Below are positions 38,592-51,647 of a DNA stretch of 64,000 nucleotides, one piece after another. The notes below the pieces were generated by a model. The model was not told the DNA's origin, ran no database searches, and saw only the letters and a program-made list of their open reading frames with translations. A program made the translations under genes and the position numbers. Source of the stretch: Eledone cirrhosa (taxonomy: Eukaryota); assembly GCA_964016885.1 (NCBI GenBank), contig OZ024756.1:17608001-17672000 (forward strand). Reading direction: 5' to 3'. Within the stretch, counting starts at the first letter, position 1. Each line of letters opens with the position of its first letter.

Positions 38592-38642
38592 AGTTTAAGC
38601 AAAGAATCGCTGCTTTCACCCTTAACGGGATCTTCTGAAACT
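38592..38642 (-). ncRNA. Hammerhead-like motif with CAGAAGA core
   Basis: Minus strand AGTTT-CAGAAGA-TCCCGTTAAGGGT-GAAA-GCA GCGATTCTT TGC-TT-AAACT. Confidence 0.6.
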
Positions 38643-39750
38643 AAAAAAATCAATCTGTGAACGCAGAAGTAAATATTTCGAAAAACGTTACACACTATAT
38701 ATATATATATACACACACACTATATATATACATATACACACACACACAGTGTCATAATGTCGAAATGCAGACAGCCAGACATACAGACAAATATTATAAG
38801 GGCACAACGTTATATCTATGTATCTATCTAAAAAGAAAGACTAAGAATTATAGAGAGAGATCGCTGAATCGCCTAATGCGGTCCCTAGGGCATTTTCAAT
38901 GTTATTACATGTGTATTACATGTGTAAAGTTTGAAAACAATCGGTTGGGTGGTTCTCGAGTTTTAGGGAGTCAGACAGACAGACATTCTCTGTTTTAGAT
39001 ATATAGATAATATAGTATAGTATGGTGTGGTATAACATGGTATAGTATGGAATAGTGTAGTACGGTATGGTATAATACAGCATGGTATGGTATAGTATGG
39101 AACAGTATAGTATGGTATAGTATAGTATAGTTATGCCATTCTATGTTGTATGAATGAATTTTTTTTCGCATAAACAGATGCAGTGGAGCAATGCACAACT
39201 TGTGGGGAAAGGGAGGAGAGACAGTGGATAGACAACATAAGTGAGGGGGAGAGACAATCAGACAATATTAGAGAGGGGAGAGACAATCAGACAATATTAG
39301 AGAGGGGGAGAGACAATCAGACAATATTAGAGAGGGGGAGAGACTGTAGATAGACAACATAAGTGAGGGGGAGAGACTGTAGATAGACACCATAAGTGAG
39401 GGGGAGAGACAATCAGACAATATTAGAGAGGGGAGAGACAATCAGACAATATTAGAGAGGGGGAGAGACAATCAGACAATATTAGAGAGGGGGAGAAACA
39501 ATCAGACAACATAAGTGAGGGGGAGAGACTGTAGATAGACAACATAAGTGAGGGGGAGAGACAATAATCAGACAATATTAGAGAGGGGGTGGGAGAGAGT
39601 AGGATCAGTGTCAAGAGAAAGTTAATGTTGAAGTGTCACTTGCTTGGATGGTTTATTATTTGTAAATATTAAAGAGATTTGGTGACAGGTCAGAGGAAAT
39701 GACTAGGAGTGTGGAGATAACACACCCTTTACATTATATATATATATATA

Positions 39751-40060
39751 TAGGAAAAAGTTTAACCCCGACGGCAGAGCTCAAGCTGTTTCGACGGCTA
39801 TTTCTCGACTAAATTAGAATTTTTCTAATTTAGGAAAAGTAATAGGAAAAAGTTTGACCCCGACGGCAGAGCTCGAGCCGTTTCGACGGCTATTTCTGGA
39901 CTAAATTAGAATTTTTCTAATTTAGTCCAGAAATAGCTGTCGAAACGGCTTGACCTCTGCCGTAAGGGTCAAACCTTTTCCCATTACCCACTCTACTACC
40001 CTAAGTATTGAGTACTCTGGTGCGTTATGCTCCATCTGGTTCCTTACTACAACTCCTTCG

Positions 40061-40062
<2 letters not shown>
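39751..40062 (+). mobile_element. Penelope-like remnant with two inverted partial copies, containing the 3' half of a hammerhead
   Basis: GAAA-CGGC...GCCG-T(A/C)-(A/G)GGGTC with downstream TTGAGTAC. Related copies at ~44123-44266 (-), ~54795-54930 and ~63420-63480, all in (TA)n. Confidence 0.6.
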
Positions 40063-40114
<52 letters not shown>

Positions 40115-40137
40115 TTATATATATATACATATTTATA

Positions 40138-40173
<36 letters not shown>

Positions 40174-40296
40174 CATATATTATATATATACATATACATA
40201 CATTATATATATATATAGTCATATGTACACCAATATATAAAGGTAGATGTACATCTAGGTAGATATATACACAGGTAGGTATACTCAGATAAATGT

Positions 40297-40336
<40 letters not shown>

Positions 40337-40786
40337 TTAATATAGATGAGATTCTACAGGACTAGAACTGTTTCATTCTTATAGATGAGATTCTACAGGA
40401 CTAGAACTGTTTCATTCTTATATATATATATATATATATATATAATTACATACACACACAAAAACACATACAAATATACATACATTTACAGGTAGGTAGA
40501 TATACATATATGTAGATGTAGACAGATGTGTGTACATTCAGGTAGATATATATATACATCTCGGTAGATATACAGAGATAAATGTACATATGTGTACCTC
40601 TTGGTAGGTATACATGGATGTGTACATCTGTGTACCTCTAGGTAGACATAGATCTATGTAGATACATAATTAGAATATTTTACCAAAGTAGGTTATACAA
40701 ACATTTTCTGGGCTTCTACATGATGAGGTGTATATTTATAAAATTTAATTAAAATCTATGTTGTTGCTGTTTTTGATAGATAGATA

Positions 40787-41523
40787 TGTTTCTTTATTAG
40801 CCACAGGGGCACAAAAGATGGGGACAAATACAAAGGGGGAAGTTTACATACAATAAAAACGTGTAAAATGTTATCACAAATGCAATTTAAAAAATTAGTC
40901 GATTTTCCCCAATAGGGGGAGACAGTTCATATGGGTAACACATACCCCCGAAAAAATGTGCAACCCTCATCTCCAGGAGCACGAAGAGTTTGTACTCCTT
41001 TCCTCTCCTCCTCCTTTTCCTCAACCTACAGGCTGATATAGAGAGAAGGCCCATTTAGATAGATAGATAGATAGATAGATAGATATCATTCTTTATTTGC
41101 CACAGGGGTGTACACAAATGGGACATTACAAGACGTGACGGTGGCGGTTTTACATAAAAATAACTTTAACATTAATAAATAACAATAAACTAAATATAAT
41201 AAAATAACAATTGAAATCCCCAATAGGGGGGAACGTTACTGCAGGGTTGTTTTACACCCCGTGGATAGAACAACCCTCAACACCAGGAACACGTTTTGTA
41301 GGTGTTCCTGTCTTCCCTCTGTTTATCTTCCTCAACCTACAGGTTTATATACAGAGAAGGCCCATTCACTCGGGCCATTTTCGCCACATTCACCCCACCT
41401 TTCGGCGAATTTACTGGGGTGTAGCAGCTCCCTCTCCACTCTCACCTTCCTTCTGAAATGATACTTAAAGAAGGGGATAAGTCGTTGTCCGGAGAGAAAG
41501 GTGTTTGCCCTCAGTCCTTTTAA
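40787..41523 (-). mobile_element. Two tandem 3' ends of a Tx1/L1-like LINE inserted in (GATA)n
   Basis: The minus strand of ~41370-41520 reads KGLRANTFLSGQRLIPFFKYHFRRKVRVERELLHPSKFAERW. Both copies end near AATAAAGAA/CAAATAAAGAA adjoining GATA repeats. Confidence 0.55.
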
Positions 41524-41539
41524 TAGATAGATAGATAGA

Positions 41540-41958
41540 TGGGATGAGGTGATAAAAGCCGACCTTACCCAATTACACCTCTCAAAGGCAATGACACACG
41601 ACCGTGACCTCTGGCGTCACGCAGTAATACAGAGTACCCGACCTCCCATGGCTACAAGCTGAAGCATATAGACAATATACCCCCACACACCCCACCGCAA
41701 GGTGGTCGTGGAGGTGCCACGGCAAAAAAGCACACAGCCCACACTGTAAAGTGGACGTGTAGGTGCCACGAAAAAGCACCCAGCACTCACTGTAAATGAG
41801 GTTGGTGTTAGGAAGGGCATCCAGCTGTAGAAATCAAGCCAAATCAGTTCCTGTATGAGCAAGGCATGGTCAGCCGACCAGACACTGCCCACAACAGGAC
41901 AACCCGTCTAACCCATGCTAGCATGGAAGAACGGACGTAAAACGGTGATGATGATGAT
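41540..41958 (+). mobile_element. LINE-3'/SINE A-related element
   Basis: GGGATGAGGTGATAAAAGC head shared with 44863, SINE A-type internal unit and tail. Confidence 0.7.
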
Positions 41959-42299
41959 AGGTTCATAGATACACCTAGGTAGATGTAGGTAAATATACAT
42001 CTAGGTATAGAGATGGAGAAAGAGAGAGAGAGAGATATGGGAAGAAGGAGTGTATGTGTTGTTGTTTTTGTTAGATGCATAGATAGATAGAAAGATAGAC
42101 ATATATAGATGTAGGTAGATATACATCTAGTTAGAGAGATGGATAAAAAGAGGGTGAGAGAGAGATAGATGGAGAGAGAGAGAGATGGAGAGAGAGTGTG
42201 TGTATGTGTGTGTTGTTGTTTTTTATAGATAAATAAATAAACAGATAGCTAGATAGCTACAGACAGGTAGATTCATTTGTAGAGAGAGAGAGATGAAGA

Positions 42300-42336
<37 letters not shown>

Positions 42337-42709
42337 AGAGATGGAGAGAGAGAGAGAGATGAAGAGATGGAGAGAGAGAGAGAGATGAAGAGATGGAGAG
42401 AGAAAGAGAGAGAGAGAAAGTCCTCTCTCTCCTGCAACACCCAGCTTCGTTTGCTAATTATTGAACAAAACACAGACACACAGACAGACACACACACACG
42501 CAGACACACACACAGACAGACACACACAGACACACACACACACACACGCAGACACACACACACACACGCAGACACACACACACACAGACAGACAGACACA
42601 CACACACAAGGGGAAGAAGGAACAAAGTGAAGCACATCTATTATGAGCAGGACTGCCATTTTAAAATATCTAACTTGCCTTCTTAACACCCTAATTACAG
42701 GTGAGGGGG

Positions 42710-43283
42710 GGGGGAGGAGGTGATGACAATGGGGTGGAGGAGGGGGTGAGATGATGATGCTGATGAAGTGATAGATGGAGTGGAGGAGGGGTGAGATGAT
42801 GATGATGATGGTGATGAAGCGAGAGATGGGGGTGGAGAAGGAGGAGGGGTGAGATGATGATGATGATGATGATGAAGTGATAGATGGAGTGGAGGAGGGG
42901 GTGAGATGATGATGATGGTGATGAAGCGAGAGATGGGGGTGGAGAAGGAGGAGGGGTGAGATGATGATGATGATGATGATGCTGAAGTGAGAGATGGAGT
43001 GGAGGAGGGGGTGAGATGATGATGATGATGGTGATGAAGCGAGAGATGGGGGTGGAGAAGGAGGAGGGGTGAGATGATGATGATGATGATGAAGTGATAG
43101 ATGGAGTGGAGGAGGGGGTGAGATGATGATGATGATGATGATGAAGTGAGAGATGGGGTGGAGAAGGAGGAGGGGGTGAGATGATGATGATGATGAAGTG
43201 ATAGATGGAGTGGAGGAGGGGGTGAGATGATGATGATGGTGGTGATGAAGCGAGAGATGGGGGTGGAGAAGGAGGCGGGGTGA

Positions 43284-43325
<42 letters not shown>

Positions 43326-43385
43326 GTGAGAGATGGGGTGGAGGAGGGGGGGAGATGATGATGATGATGATGATAAAGCGAGAGA
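42710..43385. repeat. Purine-rich GAT/GGA compound minisatellite
   Basis: Repeated GGGGTGAG(ATG)nAAG(T/C)GA(T/G)AGATGG units. Confidence 0.85.
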
Positions 43386-43577
43386 GAGACGTTAATCCAA
43401 CACAAGCTAAGCCAATCACAACCCATTGCCAGGAGAATTAACCAAGATTAAGTAAAGAACAAAAAAAAAACAAAAAAAAAACAAAACAAAAAAAAAACAA
43501 CAAACAAAGCAAATTTAGAAAGAAAATAGCTTCACAGATAACAACCTTATTTAATTGCTATATATATAGATATATGC

Positions 43578-43608
<31 letters not shown>

Positions 43609-43732
43609 AATGATGATGATGATGATGATGATATATATATATGTGTAGAGGTTATATTTAATTTGTTGGGATACAACAAGCTAAATATTTTTATAACTGA
43701 TATAAAGCACTCAACAAATTATTGGAGTAAAA

Positions 43733-44108
43733 ATACAATATATTAACAAATGGAAACTATATTTATAAAACCATATTTATTTCATTATACATATTTCAAG
43801 GGCCACCAGAGCAAACTATGGTGTGCTTTCATCAGATAAAATATAATATAGGTTAGTTTTATAAATAAATATTGACATACCCTTAAAAAATGCAACCATT
43901 CTGGTTGGAATCTCCTGACTATCCAGGAGATTCCAACCAGAATGGTTGCATTTTTTAAGGGTATGTCAATATTTACTTATAAAACTAACCTATATTATAT
44001 TTTATCTGATGAAAGCACACCATAGTTTGCTCTGGTGGCCCTTGAAATATGTATAATGAAATAAATATGGTTTTATAAATATAGTTTCCATTTGTTAATA
44101 TATTGTAT
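43733..44108. mobile_element. Near-perfect 376-bp palindrome (185-bp arms, 6-nt loop), Penelope-like remnant
   Basis: 43733-43917 is the reverse complement of 43924-44108 with one mismatch seen, flanked by (TA)n. Confidence 0.85.
43999..44062 (+). ncRNA. Type I hammerhead ribozyme motif (mirror copy at 43779-43842 on minus)
   Basis: ATTTTAT-CTGATGA-AAG..CACCATAG/CTGGTG..CTT-GAAA-T ATGT A-TA-ATGAAAT. Confidence 0.75.
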
Positions 44109-44649
44109 ATATATATATATATAACGAAGGAAATGTGGTAAGGAACCAGGTGGACCATAACGCACCAAAGTACTCAATACTTAGGGTAGTAGAGTGGGTA
44201 ATAGGAACGAGTAGGACCCCGACGGCTGAGCTCAAGCCGTTTCGACGGCTAATTCTGGACTTAGTCCATATATATATATATATATGCACATATAATATTA
44301 TATATACTTAGATATATGCACATATAATATATATATATATATATATACACATATATATAATATAATATATATATATATATGCACATATATAATATAATAT
44401 ATATATATATGCACATATATATATATATATATGCACATATATAATATATATATATATGCACATATATAATATAATATATATATATATATATACAATGTAT
44501 ATTATATGCACATATACAACCATACATATATGCACGTATTTACCAATAATAAGGTTATCTGTAAAACTATATATACATATATACAAGCATGTGTGAGTGT
44601 GCACACACAGACACACAAATATATATATATGTATATATATATATGTATA

Positions 44650-44688
<39 letters not shown>

Positions 44689-44862
44689 TATATTATATGC
44701 ACATATACAACCATACATATATGCACGTATTTACCAATAATAAGGTTATCTGTAAAACTATATATACATATATACAAGCATGTGTGAGTGTGCACACACA
44801 GACACACAAATATATATATATGTATATATATATATGTATATGTGTGTGTATATATATATATC

Positions 44863-46120
44863 GATGGAAGCCTTGGAGTAGGGAGACGCAGGAAGACTTG
44901 GGATGAGGTGATAAAAGCTGATCTTGTCTGCCCACTTGCACCTCTCAAACGTCATGGCACAGGGTCGAGATCTCTGGCGTTATGCAGTAATACAGCAAAC
45001 CTGACTTCGCATGGGCTGAAGCTAAAGCATATAGACAGTATGCCCCCACCCCACCACTCCGACGTGTAGGTGTCACGACAAAAAACACCCAGTCCACACT
45101 GTAAAGTGGTTGTGTAAGTGTCACGACAAAAAGCACCCAGTCCACACTGTAAAGTGGTCGTGTAGGTGTCATTACAAAAAGCATCCAGTCCACACTGTAA
45201 AGTGGTCATGTAGATGCCACGACAAAAAGCACCCAGCCCATACTGTAAAGTGGTCGTGTAGGTGTCACGACAAAAAGCACCCAGCATACACTGTAAGGTG
45301 GTCATGTAGGTGCCACGACAAAAAGCACCCAGCCTACACTGTAAGGTGGTCATGTAGGTGTCACGACTAAAAAGCACCCAGTCCACACTGTAAAGTGGTT
45401 GTGTAGGTGTCATGACAAAAAGCACCCAGTCCACACTGTAAAGTGGTCGTGTAGGTGTCATGACAAAAAGCACCCAGTCCACTGTAAAGTGATCGTGTAG
45501 GTGTCATGACAAAAAGCACCTAGCCCACACTGTAAAGTGGTCAAGTAGGTGTCACGACTAAAAGCACCTAGTCCACACTGTAAAGTAGTCATGTAGGTGT
45601 CATGACAAAAAGTACCCAGTATACACTGTAAAGTGGTCGTGTAAGTCACGACAAAAAGCACCCAGTCCACACTGTAAAGTGGTCAAGTAGGTGTCATGAC
45701 AAAAAGCACCTAGTCCACACTGTAAAGTAGTCATGTAGGTGTCATGACAAAAAGTACCCAGTATACACTGTAAAGTGGTCGTGTAAGTCACGACAAAAAG
45801 CACCCTGTCCACACTGTAAAGTAGTCATGTAGGTGTCACAACAAAAAACACCCAGTATACACTGTAAAGTGGTCATGTAGGTGTCACGACAAAAAACACC
45901 CAGTCCACACTGTAAAGTAGTCATGTAGGTGTCACAACAAAAGGAACCCAGAACTCACTGTAAATGAGGTTGGTGTTAGGAAGGGTATCCAGCCATAGAA
46001 ACCAAGCCCAAATCTGTTCTGTATGAATAAGTCATGGTCACCTGACCTAGCATTGCCCACAACAGGGCAACTCATCTAACCCATGCTAGTGTGGAAAATG
46101 AACGTAAAACGGTGATGACG
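44863..46120 (+). mobile_element. SINE/LINE-3' element whose 48-bp internal unit expanded into a minisatellite (~45060-45960)
   Basis: Head and tail as at 41540-41958, with ~18 copies of GACAAAAAGCACCCAGTCCACACTGTAAAGTGGTCGTGTAGGTGTCAC between them. Confidence 0.85.
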
Positions 46121-46257
46121 ATCATATATATATATATATATATAAATGGTGTGGGATGCTTAAAGCGTCCGTAAGCGGTAAGCCGTTTGAGCACTCGATG
46201 CTCTTACAGAGCAGAGTAAGAAACGGAGAATCAGTGTTGCAATGAATAAAATTTATG

Positions 46258-46352
46258 GACATATTACAATCGTTTCTCTGGCAACCAGCTCGAGGCACGA
46301 TCGATGTAATGATCGAGCCTGACTCTGAAATCACAAGGTTCTCAGATATGTC
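46258..46352 (-). ncRNA. Hammerhead-like motif with long stem II and shortened core (CTGAGA)
   Basis: Minus strand GACATAT-CTGAGAACC...CTCGAGCTGGTTGCCAGA-GAAAC-GATT-GTA-ATATGTC, with a 7-bp perfect stem I. Confidence 0.6.
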
Positions 46353-46555
46353 TCGATTCTACGAAGCAGAGTTTCCAAATTTTATTTGTCACAACACTGA
46401 TTCTCCATTTCTTATGTGATATATATAACAAGAAATCAAAATTATCATTATTATCAATGTTATTAATATGACTTGATAAGATTTTGACAAAGAAGTCTTT
46501 GTTGATAGAGAAAGGTTGTCGTCTCACTGCTTTCTCTTTGTACTAAATACCTGAC

Positions 46556-47240
46556 ATTACATAGGAGAGTACTATATACTATATTATGACACAGGAGAGT
46601 ACTATATACTATATTATGACACAGGAGAGTACTATATACTTTATTATGACACAGGAGAGTACTATATACTATATTATGACACAGGAGAGTACTATATACT
46701 ATATTATGACACAGGAGAGTACTATATACTATATTATGACACAGGAGAGTACTATATACTATATTATGACACAGGAGAGTACTATATACTATATTATGAC
46801 ACAGGAGAGTACTATATACTATATTATGACACAGGAGAGTACTATATACTATATTATGACACAGGAGAGTACTATATACTATATTATGACACAGGAGAGT
46901 ACTATATACTATATTATGACACAGGAGAGTACTATATACTTTATTATGACACAGGAGAGTACTATATACTATATTATGACACAGGAGAGTACTATATACT
47001 ATATTATGACATAGGAGAGTACTATATACTATATTATGACACAGGAGAGTACTATATACTATATTATGACACAGGAGAGTACTATATACTATATTATGAC
47101 ACAGGAGAGTACTATATACTATATTATGACACAGGAGAGTACTATAAACTATATTATGACACAGGAGAGTACTATAAACTATCACATTACATAGGATAGT
47201 ACTATGTACTATACTACGACATAGGAGAGTTCTATATACT
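46556..47240. repeat. 30-bp minisatellite (~22 copies, highly homogeneous)
   Basis: Unit ACAGGAGAGTACTATATACTATATTATGAC. Confidence 0.97.
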
Positions 47241-47909
47241 ATACTATGGAGGAGGAGGGTGTACTATAATATACAGGTGGTGGTGGTGGGGATGGGGGCG
47301 ACCCCTTATTATACAGGTGGTGGGTGAGGTGGGAAGGAGGCTGAACAATAATGTTCAGGTGATGGGGGAAGAGGAAAGGTGGGTGAACCATAATATGCAG
47401 GTGGTGGGGGGTGGGGGTAGAGCGGGGGGGGGGGACAAGAGGGTGAACAGCAAGCAGTAGCAGAACAACCATCAAGTGTCAATAGTGAAAGAAGGAGATG
47501 GGAGCTGCTGTGTGCATGGTGGGGCTAATAATGGTTGCTGCACCTTTAAACAGAATGCAATGCATGTGTTAGTTTGTTTGATGCACCATATGCACCATAT
47601 ATATATTATATATTGCCAGAAACAGAAGTATTGTATGTAATGTAGGCCAGCTAAGAAACAGGGCTGCAGTTCTCAGAAAATCACGGGAATCTTTTGACAT
47701 CCATCAACTAGTAGTGGTAGTAGTAGTAACAGTAGTGGTAGTAGTAGTAACAGTAGTGGTAGTAGTAGTAATAGTAGTGATAGTAGTAGTAATAGTAGTG
47801 GTAGTAGTAGCAGTAGCTTAGCTAGCCATATATATATGTGTGTGTGTGTGTGTGTATTATATATATGTGTTTGTGCGTATGGCATGTAAGGTGTATATAT
47901 ATATATTTC

Positions 47910-48083
47910 AATATAGAAAAGCTTCTACAGGACTAGAACTGTTTCATTCGTGTCCTGATGATTTCTCACGAATGAAACAGTTCTAGTCCTGTAGAAGCTT
48001 TTCTATATTAAAACATTTATACTCTGCTATGTATTGAGTACCTTACTTACTGTGGATACCCCCCGATTGAACCCGGAATAACA
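47910..48083 (+). mobile_element. Penelope-like remnant with hammerhead core (47953-47995) and inverted 5' copy
   Basis: TC-CTGATGA-TTTCTCACGAAT-GAAACAGTTCTAGTCCTGTA-GA. Same family as 1861-2122, 40333-40420 and 50318-50442. Confidence 0.7.
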
Positions 48084-48355
48084 TATATATATATATACAC
48101 ACACACAGACTGTCCCAAAAAATGTATACACAATTTTATTAGAATGCTATTGAAGTGTATATAAATTTGGGGGACCAAAATGTATACACACTTTATGTAT
48201 AATATATATGTAAACACATTTTATATATATATATACACACACAGACTGTCCCAAAAAATGTATACACAATTTTATTAGAATGCTATTGAAGTGTATATAA
48301 ATTTGGGGGACCAAAATGTATACACACTTTATGTATAATATATATGTATACACAT

Positions 48356-48413
<58 letters not shown>

Positions 48414-48910
48414 GACTGTCCCAAAAAATGTATACACAATTTTATTAGAATGCTATTGAAGTGTATATAAATTTGGGGGACCAAAATGTATACACACTTT
48501 ATGTATAATATATATGTATACACATTTTATATATATATTATACATAAACATAACGTATATGCATTTACATACATCTCTGTAACACACACATATCTATAAT
48601 ATATATATATATATATCATTATTGATCGATGGTGAAATTTTGTATGCAACACATCCTTCCTTAGAAGTGAAAGAGGTGTGTTTGTGTGTCTGTGTGTGTG
48701 TGTGTTTGTATATTTGTTTCTGTGTATTTGTGTGTGTCTGTGTCTGTGAGAGCGTGTGTCTGTGTATGTATGTATTTGTGTGTTGTAGCAGATCTGCAGT
48801 TATATAAATAACAACAATGACTCCATATAGGAAATAGGATTGTATTTTTGTTAAATGCATCTTGGTTGACTGGTTGCTATTCCTCTCTCCCTCTCTCTCT
48901 CTCTCTCTCA

Positions 48911-48960
<50 letters not shown>

Positions 48961-49452
48961 TTTAACCTGTTAATTCTTTCGTTACTTTGGTATTGTGTGG
49001 TTGGGTTTTGCCTACCGCAATGTTCAATTTGTCAAGCTATTTAAACGTATGTTATTACTCTAAGGACCTCCTACCCTTATTGAGTGCTTTGCTAACTCAT
49101 TCCTATTGTAGGTCGACTTTGCTTGCCCACAGACAAAGCTTCGATTTTATTAAGCTTCCACTTGTATATACATATTTATACATACATACACGTATATACA
49201 TACATATGCCAGACAGTCCTATGCCTCAAGTGGGAAAACTCCCGTCCAAACCCATGCAAGCGTGGAAGATGGACGTTAAACGATGATGATGATGATGATG
49301 ATGATGATGCATATATACATACATATACAGACATATATATTAAATATATATATATATATATTATATATATATATATATATATACATGTATATATATATAT
49401 GTGGACGTTAAACGATGATGATGATGATGATGCATATATACATACATATACA

Positions 49453-49497
<45 letters not shown>

Positions 49498-50181
49498 GTA
49501 TATATATATATATGTGGACGTTAAACGATGATGATGATGCTATAAATATATATATACATATACATGTATATATATTATATATGATATATATATATTTATG
49601 TATATATACATACATTCATATATATATATATATATATATATGCCTATCTATCTATCTGCATATAAAGCAAAATAGGTGGTGGTGGTGGGGGGGGGGGTCC
49701 CCGAGGTTGATGGTATGGGTTTGCATAACTACATTAGTCCCGCATATCCATGATTTTGCCCTCAGAAACGACCGTAAAACAATGGATTAATTAACTACTT
49801 CACATTGCCCTTCTCTCCTCTAACAGCTTCATTGTATAACCTTATATATCTGACAGTCTAATTTTGAATACTCAACGACATCTACGAGGCTATCATCTTG
49901 CCACAAAACTGTGATGGACAGGACTCAAGAGTCGTCGATAGAACTATTCACATCGGAAACTATTTTGAGTCCTAAAATGGTTATAAATGCGTATTGTGTG
50001 TCGTATGTGTTTCTAACATTCATATCACCATTAAGGGAGGAGAAGGAAAAGAAGGAGGAGGAGGAGTCATAATACAGAGCAAGATGGCCGTCCTAAAATG
50101 AAAGTGAAAGTAGACTGTTGATAGAGAAATGAAGAATGAAACGAAATAGGAATATTTTAATGATATACACATATATCAATG

Positions 50182-50258
<77 letters not shown>

Positions 50259-51056
50259 ATGATATACACACATTGATATACACATACATCTACGCTTATA
50301 TATATATATATATATAAGATGATTTCTAATGAATGAAACAGTTCTAGTCCTGTAGAATCTCATCTATATTAACACTTTTATACTCTGCAATGTATTGAGT
50401 ACTTTACTTACTGTGGTTACCTCCGATTCAACCCGGAATAACGTATATATATATATATATATATATACATATATGTATGTGTGTGTGTGTAAAAAGGCAA
50501 GGCAAACAGAAATAACAAAGTAAATGACACAGTACACCGAAGAAATATATTATTAATTTTACACTTGATTATATATATATATATATAAAGAAAAATAAAT
50601 ATTTTTATGAACATGGATATAAATATATATGTGTGTATATATATATATATATAAACACAAGGAAAGAATGCTCAATACTAGAGTATATTATATATTCATT
50701 ATATAGAGTATCAACAAAGATATCTGCGTTTTACACACACACACACATATATATATACATCTATATATATATACATAAACATACACATATGTGTGTGTGT
50801 GTGTGTATAGGTGCCCCAGTATGTCCAAAGCCCATGGGCTGGAACAGGTAAAAGAGTATCACTAATTCTATATACACATATATAGATCAGTGTATACACA
50901 CATGCAGAGAAACTAAGTAAACTATACTCAGCAATAATTGTTTACTGCATCTAAAAATTAAACATTTGAACCAAGGAAATATTACAATGTTTGTTAGAGT
51001 TATATATTAACTTATCTAACTCTTAAATAAATATCTAATCATTAAAATATACTAAA

Positions 51057-51121
<65 letters not shown>

Positions 51122-51647
51122 TGGCTGCCAACTCATTTTCGAGTACGGCCACTACTTTATATCCATGTAGGAGAACCCCTACTGATGCGCTGAACGAGTG
51201 TGACTTTTTAGTCCAGCCAGCGACTTGAAAACTCTGGTACAAACACTACACTTGTTACAATTATTGACACATAGAGCTGGGCCCATGGTACCATGTGACG
51301 ACAAGTGTAGAGAGATCTCCAGATATAAAGCAATTCCTGTGCCGTGAAGCTTTTATAGTGAGCAAAGGCACTGCACAAAGCCAGTCCCATTCTCTTAACC
51401 AAGATGATATTTACCAAAAAGAAGAACAAGTCAACATCATTGGATACCATCAGGGTTGCAGGTATTATATCAGAGTTTTCCTTCTCCTAGAATTCTGCCT
51501 TGACAAAGGCTAAGGGGTCATCGCTCCCGGAAATGTATATATATATATATATATATATAATGTAGGAGGTGAGTTTTATTGTAGTACAATAAAGCAATGC
51601 AGATATCGGATAAGAAGCACTCTACAGTTTGTGGGACTGGAGTATGC

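Larger units (their letters stand above)
38073..39007 (-). mobile_element. Non-autonomous Helitron-like element with nested insertions
   Basis: The minus strand starts A|TC at 39007 and ends with the hairpin CCCG-AGCAACGC-CGGG followed by CTAG|T at 38073. Internal (CAGA)n near the 5' end. Confidence 0.7.
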
